Shown: one piece after another, positions 47,536 through 56,227 of the stretch
How the letters are laid out: each line of letters starts with the position of its first letter
Numbering within the stretch: position 1 is the first letter of the stretch
Source of the DNA: Bacteroidaceae bacterium
GTDB lineage: Bacteria; Bacteroidota; Bacteroidia; Bacteroidales; Bacteroidaceae
NCBI GenBank assembly: GCA_045636125.1
Contig: JAZTWX010000001.1
Span: forward strand, 294-64,293
Direction of reading: 5' to 3'
Length of the DNA stretch: 64,000 nt
Program-made: the position numbers and the translations under genes
Notes under the pieces: model-generated
Databases searched by the model: none
What the model saw: the letters and a program-made list of their open reading frames with translations, nothing else
What the model was told of the DNA's origin: nothing

Positions 47536-48171
47536 ATGGACAAATATTCACAATTGTTGAACAGTGGACACTCTGTATTCATAGAGGGTTGTGCCGAGGC
47601 GTTTACGTGGCCCGTAGTGTGGTTGCCTGCAACGCTCATTTTGCTCTATATTCTGCTGAAGAACAGCGGCATAAAGAATTTTCTTGTGCTTGTGCTTGAC
47701 TTGGCTGCCCTTTGTGGTGCGACATATGTTGCGAGCACATATCTGTGCCGACCTATTATGGAACTGCTTTTTCACGAAACAACTGTATATGCATCGGCTG
47801 CAACATGCGTGAACACTGCGTGTGCTTTTGGAATTGCAACGCTCCTTATAATGGTGGTGCGCCACAAGGCACTTTTCATAACATTTACTCTGCTGGGGAT
47901 AATTACAGCCTGCGTTGAATTCTACAAAACAGCACACTCGGTTACCGAGGTTACCGTGGAAGCTGTTTTGGGTGTGTTGTGCGGCGTAGTGGCATATAGA
48001 ATCTATATGGCCTGGTTGAGGAAAAAACGCACGCGCCGCGACTGGATTTCGGACAAATACACAAAGAGCGGTTACGAGGTTTCCGATGTCTTTTTCCTCT
48101 CGGCTGTTGTCTTTGCAACAATGGCTGCGTTGCCTTTTATCTCATTCTTCCTTGCTGCCGCGGCTCAGTAG
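47536..48171 (+). CDS. integral membrane protein, unknown function
   Basis: 211 aa with 5-6 hydrophobic helices. The 3' end overlaps the convergent proX stop by 7 nt. Confidence 0.55.
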   Translation: MDKYSQLLNSGHSVFIEGCAEAFTWPVVWLPATLILLYILLKNSGIKNFLVLVLDLAALCGATYVASTYLCRPIMELLFHETTVYASAATCVNTACAFGIATLLIMVVRHKALFITFTLLGIITACVEFYKTAHSVTEVTVEAVLGVLCGVVAYRIYMAWLRKKRTRRDWISDKYTKSGYEVSDVFFLSAVVFATMAALPFISFFLAAAAQ

Positions 48172-48662
48172 AGCGTTATAAATTCGTAGCTGTTGCCCAC
48201 CGTGGCAAGATAGCGCATAAATTCTCCCTGCGAAATAACCACCGTCGCGTGGTTGTCGTTGGGGTGGAAGCTCAACGAGGCTTCTTTCTTCAGGTTTTCA
48301 TCGATGAAGAGATGAACGTGATTTTCGGTGTCATTTATAAGGCCGAAAGGCGAGACGGAGCCGGGTTGCAGGCCCAGATAACGCTCCATTCTTTGCGGTG
48401 ATGCAAAGGTGAGCTTGCCTTGATGCAGGCGTTGCTCAAGGTCTTTTATCGCAAGGTCGCACTCGCAGTCGAGCACCACCAGATAGTGCCTGTTTCCTTT
48501 GTGGTTCCTGAAAAACAGATTCTTGCAATGTTTCGAGCCGTCGGCTCTCCACTGCGTGCGGGCAATCTCAATTGTGGGTGCCTCTTCGTGGGTGTACCAG
48601 CTATATTCAAAGTTGTTGCTGTCAAGGTAGTTGAGAACCTTTTGTATGCGTCCGTTATCCAT
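48165..48662 (-). CDS. proX: YbaK/ProX-type aminoacyl-tRNA editing domain protein
   Basis: 165 aa. KHCKNLFFRNHKGNRHYLVV...GLQPGSVSPFGLIND is a YbaK/ProRS-associated domain pattern. Confidence 0.8.
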   Translation of the reverse strand: MDNGRIQKVLNYLDSNNFEYSWYTHEEAPTIEIARTQWRADGSKHCKNLFFRNHKGNRHYLVVLDCECDLAIKDLEQRLHQGKLTFASPQRMERYLGLQPGSVSPFGLINDTENHVHLFIDENLKKEASLSFHPNDNHATVVISQGEFMRYLATVGNSYEFITLY

Positions 48663-48824
48663 AATGCAAAATAATGTGCTTGCGAAAGTAATTCATAAAA
48701 GAGAAACAACAAACTGCACGCTGCATAAAATGTGCTAAAAATTATATAATTATGGCTGCAGTGTCGCAGGTAAGTGAATTTTATGTAGTATCTTCGCAAA
48801 TTAGAAACAAAACTTAAAAACAAT

Positions 48825-51632
48825 ATGAAAATTAAACAATTTCTTTTGCTGTTGCTGGTACTTGCAATTGCATTGCCCGCAGTAGCACGAAAAAAGGCCG
48901 AAAGCCTGCCGCTCGATAAGGCGGTGCGCATAGGAAAACTGAGCAACGGCCTCACATATTATATCCGCCATAATCGTGAGCCCGAGAACAAGGTGAATTT
49001 CTATATTGCCCAAAAGGTTGGCTCCATTCAGGAGGAGGACAACCAACGTGGTCTTGCACACTTTCTCGAGCATATGTGTTTCAACGGTACAGAGCACTTC
49101 CCCGGTAAGGGCCTTATCAACTACCTCGAAACAATTGGTGTGAAATTCGGCGTAAACCTCAATGCCTACACATCGATAGAGGAGACCGTATACAACATCA
49201 ACGACGTGCCTGTGAACACTGCAGGAGCAATTGATTCCTGCTTGTGGATATTGCGTGACTGGGCCGACGGACTCACACTCGATGGCGAAGAGATTGACAA
49301 GGAGCGTGGAGTTATTCACGAAGAGTGGCGCGGCCGCTCGAGCGCAATGACCCGTATGCTTGATGTTGTTCTCCCCATTGCTTATCAGGGCGAGAAATAT
49401 GCATACCGTATGCCCATCGGTACAATGGAGATTGTCGACAATTTCCCCCACCAGGCTTTGCGCGACTATTACGAAAAATGGTATCGCCCCGACCTGCAAG
49501 GTATTATAATTGTGGGTGATATTGATGTCGATGCAGTGGAAAAGAAGGTCAAAAAGATTTTCAAGACAATTAAAAAGGCAAAGAAACCCGCCGAGCGCAT
49601 ATATTACCCTGTGTCGGATAACGAGGAACTTATTTTTGCCGAGGGTAGCGACGAAGAGCAGCAGGCCTACGCATTACAGTTATACTATAAGCACGAGGCT
49701 ACACCCCGCGAAAAGATGAACACACGCGAAAATATGCGCACTGAATATCTTCAGCAGACAACAATGTCCTTGTTCAATGCCCGCATAGCCGAAATTACCC
49801 AAAAGGAGAACCCTCCTTTCCTTGGTGCTGGCATTTCGTATGGCAATTTCATTCTCTCGAGCACCAAAAACGCTTTTTCGGTGTCGGTAATGTCGGCAAC
49901 CGAGAATATTGACGAAGCGCTTGCCTTTGCTTACTGCGAGGTGGAGCGTGCGCGACGCTACGGTTTCACAGAGGGTGAGCTTGCGCGCCACAAAGCATCT
50001 TCACTTGCTGCGCTCGAAAGCTGGTATGCCGAACGTGAGAAGATTACAAACAATAAATATGCCGACGATTATATACGCCACTTCCTCGATAACTCTCCAA
50101 TGCTGTCGGCAGAAGATGAGTACAAGATAATGAAAGAGATTGTAGAGAAGACGACAATTGAGGATATAAACGCTGTGCTTCCCTCGCTCATAAGAAAAGA
50201 GAATAGAGTGGCTATTTCACTTGCCCCGAAAAAGGACTCGGTTGCTTACCCCACAAGGGAGCGACTCGTGGCTATGCTCGATGCTGTTGAAAAACTCCCC
50301 CTTACACCTTATGTCGACACAATGAACGACTCTCCTCTGCTCGAGAACGAGCCCGAGGGTAACGCCATCATTGCCGAAGAGGAAGGCGAGTGGGGCACCA
50401 CCGTATGGACACTCCCCGGTGGCATCAAAGTGGTTGTAAAGCCCACCGACTATGCAGCCAATCAAGTGATTCTGAAAGGTTACAGCTACGGAGGAACAGG
50501 CCGCTACCCCGACAGCGACCGTGTGAACCTTAACGTGCTGAAAGCCTTGTCGAGCATTGGCGGCGCAGGTTCATTCGATGCAATGCAGTTGAACAAGAAA
50601 CTTGCCGGCAGCACTGCAAAGGCGAGCGTTGATATTTCAACATACCTCGACCAGGTATCGGCAACTTGTGCCCCCGATGATATTGAGGATATGTTCCGCC
50701 TGCTTTACCTTAAATTTACAGCCCCACGCCAGGATAGCGCTGCGGTAGAGAGCTACAAGAGCCGCCTCAAGACATCGTTGCGCGACCGTAGCCTGTTACC
50801 CGCAAACGCACTCAACGACACAATAAACGTTGCGCTCTACAACCGCCACCCGCGTATGGTGCCTATGACCGAGGCCGATGTTGATTGCATAGACTACGAC
50901 CGCGTTATTGAAATTTACAAGGACCGCACAAGTGATGCAAGCGACTTCCTCTTTACCATTGTTGGAAATGTGGATGCTGCAACCATAAAGCCTCTTGTGG
51001 AGAAATATATCGGTGGCCTGCCATTGAATGGCCGCAAAGAGACTCTTTACGACCACGGGCTGGGCGTGCGCAAGGGTATATACCGCAACAACTTTGCAAG
51101 AAAGATGGAGACTCCCACCGGCACCGAAGTTATCTTTATATCGGGTGAGATTGAGCCTACATTGCGCAACAGCGTTCTAATGAGCTATCTCTCACAAATA
51201 CTGAGCCTTGTGTACACAAGCGAGGTACGCGAGAAAGAGGGTGGTACTTACGGCGTGGGCGTTTATGGCAACGTAACCCGTTTGCCCAAGGGAGAATTCG
51301 ACCTTTCCATACAATTCAATATGGAACCCGAGCGTCGCGAAGAGCTCACAAAGATAATTCTCGACCAGCTCCAGAAAGTTGCCGACGAAGGCCCGCAAGA
51401 TGAGTATATAGAAAAAGTGCGCAGCTATATGCTCAAAAAGATGGATGAGCAGGAGAAGAAGAACGAAGCTTGGAACAACTGGCTTTTCCAGTATTACTTC
51501 CACAATGTCGACAACTACACAGCCTACCGCGATACGGTGAACAGCATCACAAAAGAGGATATCAAGAAATTCCTTACTGCAATTCTTGAACAGGGGAATT
51601 TGATAGAGGTGAGTATGGTTCCTGAAAAATAA
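48825..51632 (+). CDS. M16 family (insulinase/pitrilysin-like) zinc peptidase
   Basis: 935 aa with a signal peptide and inverted zincin HFLEHMCF (HxxEH). Two M16 halves are present. Confidence 0.9.
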   Translation: MKIKQFLLLLLVLAIALPAVARKKAESLPLDKAVRIGKLSNGLTYYIRHNREPENKVNFYIAQKVGSIQEEDNQRGLAHFLEHMCFNGTEHFPGKGLINYLETIGVKFGVNLNAYTSIEETVYNINDVPVNTAGAIDSCLWILRDWADGLTLDGEEIDKERGVIHEEWRGRSSAMTRMLDVVLPIAYQGEKYAYRMPIGTMEIVDNFPHQALRDYYEKWYRPDLQGIIIVGDIDVDAVEKKVKKIFKTIKKAKKPAERIYYPVSDNEELIFAEGSDEEQQAYALQLYYKHEATPREKMNTRENMRTEYLQQTTMSLFNARIAEITQKENPPFLGAGISYGNFILSSTKNAFSVSVMSATENIDEALAFAYCEVERARRYGFTEGELARHKASSLAALESWYAEREKITNNKYADDYIRHFLDNSPMLSAEDEYKIMKEIVEKTTIEDINAVLPSLIRKENRVAISLAPKKDSVAYPTRERLVAMLDAVEKLPLTPYVDTMNDSPLLENEPEGNAIIAEEEGEWGTTVWTLPGGIKVVVKPTDYAANQVILKGYSYGGTGRYPDSDRVNLNVLKALSSIGGAGSFDAMQLNKKLAGSTAKASVDISTYLDQVSATCAPDDIEDMFRLLYLKFTAPRQDSAAVESYKSRLKTSLRDRSLLPANALNDTINVALYNRHPRMVPMTEADVDCIDYDRVIEIYKDRTSDASDFLFTIVGNVDAATIKPLVEKYIGGLPLNGRKETLYDHGLGVRKGIYRNNFARKMETPTGTEVIFISGEIEPTLRNSVLMSYLSQILSLVYTSEVREKEGGTYGVGVYGNVTRLPKGEFDLSIQFNMEPERREELTKIILDQLQKVADEGPQDEYIEKVRSYMLKKMDEQEKKNEAWNNWLFQYYFHNVDNYTAYRDTVNSITKEDIKKFLTAILEQGNLIEVSMVPEK

Positions 51633-51672
51633 AGTAAGAGAGGATGACCCGCTCGGGTCATCCTCTCTTACT
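51633..51672. terminator. bidirectional terminator hairpin between convergent genes
   Basis: A perfect 18-bp stem, agtaagagaggatgaccc (51633-51650) / gggtcatcctctcttact (51655-51672), with loop gctc. It is flanked by A-rich and T-rich sequence. Confidence 0.85.
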
Positions 51673-51673
51673 T

Positions 51674-52294
51674 TTAGAATGCCAGGCCGAAGCGCAGGCC
51701 GAAATTGTTCAACCCGTCCTGTCCGTAGCTCATAATGGAGCATTTGTTGGTGGAGTAGCTGTAATACATTGCAAAGTGTACGCCTATACCGTTGGCCCAC
51801 GGGTAGAAGTTGAAACCCACCTCGGGCGACATATAGAAGCCCCAACGCTTCTGTTTGCTCAGGAATATGTAATAATAGTTATTGAATTCCGAGTAACAGG
51901 CACCGGCCTTTGCAGCAATATAAGGCTGGAAGTCGGCCTCTACAAAACGGTAACGCACAAGCAAGCCAAAGGGCATTGTAAACATCTGGTGCTGCTGGTC
52001 GGTGTTTATCGACTGGTTACCGCCGAGCTTTATTGTGCGGCGCGACAGATATTCGTTGTTGGTGTGGAAACTCAAGAAACCGCCCACCGCTATTTCGGGC
52101 TCCACATAATAGCCACCCTCAAAGTTCATACCCCAGCCGCTTGCTACGTTCGAGAAGCTGTTGTTCAGTGGTATGTTGAATTGCCAGTCGATATTGTAAT
52201 AACTGTCGAGCGATATTTGTGCATTTGTTCTGCTGTTAATGCCGAACAGGGCTGCCACAAGGCTCAAAAGGAATATTTTGTTGACACGTTTCAT
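51674..52294 (-). CDS. outer-membrane beta-barrel (porin-family) protein
   Basis: 206 aa. It has a signal peptide, an alternating aromatic/Gly beta-strand pattern and a C-terminal ...GLRFGLAF. Confidence 0.75.
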   Translation of the reverse strand: MKRVNKIFLLSLVAALFGINSRTNAQISLDSYYNIDWQFNIPLNNSFSNVASGWGMNFEGGYYVEPEIAVGGFLSFHTNNEYLSRRTIKLGGNQSINTDQQHQMFTMPFGLLVRYRFVEADFQPYIAAKAGACYSEFNNYYYIFLSKQKRWGFYMSPEVGFNFYPWANGIGVHFAMYYSYSTNKCSIMSYGQDGLNNFGLRFGLAF

Positions 52295-52318
52295 AATACA
52301 CGGGAATTAAATGTTTGT

Positions 52319-52930
52319 CTATTTCTTGAGATAGGGCGACTGCTCAAAAGCCTGGTTTATGGCCGCCATTGTGCGCGAATAGCTCAGATTGCTACCGTTT
52401 AGAAGACCACAAATGTAAGAATTCCATATAACGGTTAGCTTGTTATCCTTTTGCGCATTCCTGTTCACAAGCTCGGCTATTATGGAGCCGGTGGAGTAGC
52501 TGTAATAGAAATTGAAGGGGTAGTACCAGCCACCGCCGCCCCAGTTCCAGTAACCGGGATAGTTGTTCCACCAAGGGCCGGGCATACTATTGAAATAGTA
52601 TGTGGTGTTTATGTAGCTCAGTTGCAGGACAACGTCGGCCTCGTCGCTTGTGGCAGCCATTGTGTAGCCTCGCGAGTTTAGATTGTCGCTGTAGGCATTT
52701 ACAATCTTCTGCGAATTTTCGTTCTTCCAGTATGTTGGCTTCGTGTGGTCGTCTATAATTAGAATGCTGTCTATTACAAAATAGCTGTTGATGGAGCTGA
52801 AATCGGTACCGGTATCGTAATTTGTGAGCACAAGATAATTGTTGTCCAATTTGTCGGTATCGGGGTCTTTCTGACACGACATAATGAGCGTGCCCAGCAG
52901 AAGCAATGGGAATAACAGTTCTCTTTTCAT
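52319..52930 (-). CDS. DUF4136-like lipoprotein
   Basis: The start is set at MKRELLFPLLLLGTLIMSCQKD (lipobox). The overall pattern, including ADVVLQLSY, and the size fit DUF4136. It has an unusual W/Y/G/N-rich tract, PGPWWNNYPGYWNWGGGGWYYPFNFYY. Confidence 0.6.
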   Translation of the reverse strand: MKRELLFPLLLLGTLIMSCQKDPDTDKLDNNYLVLTNYDTGTDFSSINSYFVIDSILIIDDHTKPTYWKNENSQKIVNAYSDNLNSRGYTMAATSDEADVVLQLSYINTTYYFNSMPGPWWNNYPGYWNWGGGGWYYPFNFYYSYSTGSIIAELVNRNAQKDNKLTVIWNSYICGLLNGSNLSYSRTMAAINQAFEQSPYLKK

Positions 52931-52946
52931 ACGCTTATTTTTTTGA

Positions 52947-53429
52947 TTATTGTTTCTTGCGGAGAAGTTTATGTGCGCTATTTTTCGACACAGGCTGCAT
53001 CTTGTCATTCAGTTTCACAAGTGAGGTGTCGCTGTCGAGCATAAAATTCATTTTGGGGTTGCCGTTGGCCGATACAAACTCGTACACAATTGCGGTGCTG
53101 TCGTTGGGCATACCTATGAGCACAAGCATTTCGCCATTGTCCTTCTCGGTGGCAAGAGCTTCGTCGACATAGTCGGTGGTTATGGTGTAAGTGCCATCGT
53201 CGTTAAGGCTTATGGTGCTCATTGTGACAATTACGTCGCCTAGGTTGCCGTTTTTCATCGGGGTTGTCCCTTCGAACACAAACGTCTGCAGGTCGCCCAT
53301 AGTGGAGTCGTTGATCATAAACAGGCTGTCGCTCTCAAATGCTACGCCGTCAGGCTGTGAGCCGCAAGAGTTACACGATGCATAGAATAACGGGCACATT
53401 GCCGCTGCCAGGATAATTACTTTTTTCAT
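52947..53429 (-). CDS. lipoprotein, unknown function (weak NlpE-N-like pattern without CxxC)
   Basis: The start is set at MKKVIILAAAMCPLFYASCNSC (lipobox). FEGTTPMKNGNLGDVIVTMSTISLNDDGTYTITTDY loosely resembles the NlpE N-domain. Confidence 0.5.
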   Translation of the reverse strand: MKKVIILAAAMCPLFYASCNSCGSQPDGVAFESDSLFMINDSTMGDLQTFVFEGTTPMKNGNLGDVIVTMSTISLNDDGTYTITTDYVDEALATEKDNGEMLVLIGMPNDSTAIVYEFVSANGNPKMNFMLDSDTSLVKLNDKMQPVSKNSAHKLLRKKQ

Positions 53430-53518
53430 TTCGCTCAAATTTATGGTTATTTTGCAAAATAACACACCGGGAGCAGGTGAGGTTCCGGCCGGCAGCGTTA
53501 AGAAAATGAAAAAGTAGA

Positions 53519-53563
53519 ATAAAAAAACAAGGAGCAGACACTTTATGAAATGTTTGCTCCTTG
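53519..53563 (-). terminator. terminator after the S41-like lipoprotein gene
   Basis: caaggagca (53528-53536) pairs with tgctccttg (53555-53563). On the minus strand it is followed by a T-run (plus-strand A-run 53521-53527). Confidence 0.6.
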
Positions 53564-53583
53564 TAATAATTGTGCAATGTGAT

Positions 53584-54798
53584 TTATTGCGGTAATTGCC
53601 CGTTGTTTATGAGGTGGCAAATGTTCTGCAACATATATTCCTGCTCGTTTCCAAGTTCGTAAATAGCTGTGTAGCCATCGTACTCCTGTAGTTCATAGTG
53701 CGGTGTAATGGCGTTTGCAGGCTCGCCTAGCGGCGTGTATATGAAGGCTGTTGCAGGGTTTATGATGAATTTATAAGGTGAAGCAAAGCTCTCGGTAAGA
53801 AGCTCGCTCCCTGCGGCCACCGTACCAACTATTGTAACATTTGCGCGCGATGCAGCAACGGCATTTACAAAACAGCTCGCAATACCCTTTGTGCGGCCGG
53901 TGGTAATTATATAAAGATTCTTTTCGGTAGTTGCTGCTGCTTGCGGGAAGACTACATCAACCTTTTCACTATACAAGGGATCTTTGTAGAGTGTGGCAAA
54001 AGGTGTCCCGGCCTTGTCGGCCGACACAAATGCTGCTGCTACGGCTGCTGCATTCTCAATTGAAGAACCGTCGGCGTAACGGAGGTCGAGCACTATGTGC
54101 TCTGTTCCCTGTGATTCAAAATTACTTATTGCGCTGCACACCGCATCGGCCGCATTCTCGTCGTCGAAATTATTGAAAAGTATGTAACCGGCCTTTGTGC
54201 TGCCACAATCAATTGTCTTTTCAACTGCCACAGCTGCTTTTGCTATGCTTGTGGCTGCGGGCAACAGAATGGCCGCGCTCTCTTCCCAGCAGTATTTCTC
54301 GGTCTCGGCATTGTATACCATTTTGCTTGTCGAGAGTTCCACGGCGCTGCCGGCTGCAAGTACATTGTTGTTCATCTGTAACGCTTCGCCGTTTACTGCG
54401 GTGAGCCACATTCCTCTTTTGATACCCGCAGCGGCAGCCACGGATTGAGGCTCTACAAACTCCACAAGTGCGTAGGTCTGCGAGGGTACAATGCGCAAGG
54501 GGTCGCGCATGAGCGAGTATGTCATACCATATGTTGCAACGTTTGCCGAATCGGCTACCCACGATGCCTTGTCGCCACCGTTAAGCAGTTTCTTGAAGAA
54601 TTGCGACACGGTGTTGAAGTAGGTCTGTTGTTTTGCGTCACTTATTGATTCGCGCCACAAATAGACCTCTTTCATTTGGTCCATAACCCAATGATTCTCT
54701 TTTGTGAGTTCGTAATACTCCTGCGAGCGATCCTCGCCGCAACTGCAAAGAGCTGTTATTGCTATTGCTGTCAATATTATTCCTGTAAATCTTTTCAT
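53584..54798 (-). CDS. S41 peptidase-like lipoprotein with PDZ-like domain, probably catalytically inactive
   Basis: The start is set at MKRFTGIILTAIAITALCSCG (lipobox). It has a PDZ-like AAAAGIKRGMWLTAVNGEAL block. The S41-like core (AGYILFNNF..., HIVLDLRYADGSS) has I and S where the catalytic Ser and Lys would align. Confidence 0.55.
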   Translation of the reverse strand: MKRFTGIILTAIAITALCSCGEDRSQEYYELTKENHWVMDQMKEVYLWRESISDAKQQTYFNTVSQFFKKLLNGGDKASWVADSANVATYGMTYSLMRDPLRIVPSQTYALVEFVEPQSVAAAAGIKRGMWLTAVNGEALQMNNNVLAAGSAVELSTSKMVYNAETEKYCWEESAAILLPAATSIAKAAVAVEKTIDCGSTKAGYILFNNFDDENAADAVCSAISNFESQGTEHIVLDLRYADGSSIENAAAVAAAFVSADKAGTPFATLYKDPLYSEKVDVVFPQAAATTEKNLYIITTGRTKGIASCFVNAVAASRANVTIVGTVAAGSELLTESFASPYKFIINPATAFIYTPLGEPANAITPHYELQEYDGYTAIYELGNEQEYMLQNICHLINNGQLPQ

Positions 54799-54900
54799 AC
54801 CTACAAATTTACGCCATTTTGTATTATTTACAAATGAAGCGGAGCACTTTTTAATGGAAGGGGGAACGTGGAGTAGGGTGCAATTGCAATGTGCAGTGCA

Positions 54901-54945
54901 CAAAAAACAAAAGCAGACAGTTTGTAGCTGTCTGCTCTGTTTTTG
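54901..54945 (-). terminator. terminator after rpsP
   Basis: agcagacag (54912-54920) pairs with ctgtctgct (54928-54936). On the minus strand it is followed by TTTGTTTTTTG. Confidence 0.75.
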
Positions 54946-54966
54946 AACTTTCGCTCGTAGAAACTA

Positions 54967-55512
54967 TTAAGCCTCTGCGGGAGCCTCTGTCTCAGCGGTA
55001 GCCTCGCCCTCTGCAGCTGCAGCAGCCTCAGCTTCAGCCTTTGCAAGAGCCTCGGCAGCCTTCTTGTCGGCTACTTTCTTTGCAATAGCTGCGTTTACCT
55101 CTTTCTCAGCCTCCAAACGTGCCTTCTTAGCGTCACATTTAGCCTGCTCCTCAGCGCTCTTGATGCTGTTCAAAGCGTTAGTCTTTGCATTTTTCCAAGC
55201 CTCGAATTTAGCCTGTGCGGTAGCCTCGTCAAAAGCACCTTTCTTAACACCGCCCTGCAAGTGTTTCATCATATAAACACCCTGCGAAGAGAGAATGTTA
55301 CGAACAGTGTCAGTGGGGATAGCACCGTTGTTAACCCACCACAAAGCTCTCTCGAAGTTGATGTCGATAGTAGCGGGGTTTGTGTTGGGGTTGTAAGTAC
55401 CGATCTTCTCGGTGAACTTTCCATCACGTGGAGCTCTCGAATCTGCAATCACAATAGAGTAGAATGCGTAGTGTTTACGACCTCTTCTCTGCAATCTGAT
55501 TTTAGTTGCCAT
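54967..55512 (-). CDS. rpsP: 30S ribosomal protein S16 (with Ala/Glu/Lys-rich C-terminal extension)
   Basis: 181 aa. [42 protein letters not shown] is the S16 core. It has the long charged tail seen in Bacteroidota. Confidence 0.95.
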   Translation of the reverse strand: MATKIRLQRRGRKHYAFYSIVIADSRAPRDGKFTEKIGTYNPNTNPATIDINFERALWWVNNGAIPTDTVRNILSSQGVYMMKHLQGGVKKGAFDEATAQAKFEAWKNAKTNALNSIKSAEEQAKCDAKKARLEAEKEVNAAIAKKVADKKAAEALAKAEAEAAAAAEGEATAETEAPAEA

Positions 55513-55572
55513 TTCTTAAATGTTTTTTATTAGTTAAAGATTTGAGTTATCCGACATCTCGTATCGGCGGCG

Positions 55573-55580
55573 CAAAGGTA
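55573..55580 (-). promoter_or_regulatory. TAnnTTTG -7 motif upstream of rpsP
   Basis: Minus-strand TACCTTTG lies about 60 nt upstream of the ATG at 55512. Confidence 0.45.
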
Positions 55581-55657
55581 ATACTTTTTTTTGAAACTGC
55601 TTAATAATTACGCCACTATTTTGGCTTTTGAAGAGCTTTTAGGCAGTATATCCGGTG

Positions 55658-56215
55658 TTATTCGGCAAGCAAGCTGTCGATTGCCGCCACAAGGCCGCTG
55701 AATTCCTGTTGGTTGAAGAGGCGGGTGAGGCGCACGATGCGTCCGTCGCGGCCTATAAGCACGTTGCGCGTAATGCCCGAATTACGCAGGGCGTAACTTG
55801 CAAAAACATCGGCAACGGTGTCGAGTGCCATAGGGTAGGTGGTACCCACTGTGGCAGTGTAAGTGTCCACAACCTCTTTTTTCTCTTCGCGGTCTACGCC
55901 CACAAGCACAAAGCCGGGGTTGCTGCCGTGGCGTTGCCATATCTCCTTTTCAATGTGCGGCATTTCGCGACGGCACACTCCGCACCAGCTGGCGGTGAAC
56001 TGCAGCATCACAACTTTTCCTTTTTGTTGCGACAGCGTGAAAATTTCTCCGTTTGTAAGCGGCAAGGTGAAATCGGGGGCAAGGTCGCCCACCTTCACCA
56101 AATATTCGTTCTCGTATACCTGCGGTGCGGCTGCAGTGGAAGATGCCTTTTCGGCCGGAGTGTTTGAGCAGGCTGCAAAGAGCACTGCAATTGCTATTGT
56201 GAATATCTTTTTCAT
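55658..56215 (-). CDS. TlpA/ResA-like thiol-disulfide oxidoreductase lipoprotein (thioredoxin fold)
   Basis: 185 aa. It has lipobox AVLFAACS and the WCGVC active site. Confidence 0.88.
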   Translation of the reverse strand: MKKIFTIAIAVLFAACSNTPAEKASSTAAAPQVYENEYLVKVGDLAPDFTLPLTNGEIFTLSQQKGKVVMLQFTASWCGVCRREMPHIEKEIWQRHGSNPGFVLVGVDREEKKEVVDTYTATVGTTYPMALDTVADVFASYALRNSGITRNVLIGRDGRIVRLTRLFNQQEFSGLVAAIDSLLAE

Positions 56216-56227
56216 ATTGTGTTCGGG

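Noticed and set aside
47536-48171. A possible PAP2-family phosphatase assignment for this membrane protein.
   Set aside because: The KxxxxxxRP / PSGH / SRxxxxxHxxxD motifs are not present, so it is left as a membrane protein of unknown function.
54799-54903. N-terminal extensions of track ORFs: here, and also 9049-9084, 13667-13831, 21561-21617, 30818-30859, 41055-41081, 52931-53008, 53430-53465 and 58727-58744.
   Set aside because: The extensions precede obvious signal-peptide, lipobox or family-typical N-termini. Some cross terminators or start at TTG/GTG codons. Internal ATG starts were used instead.
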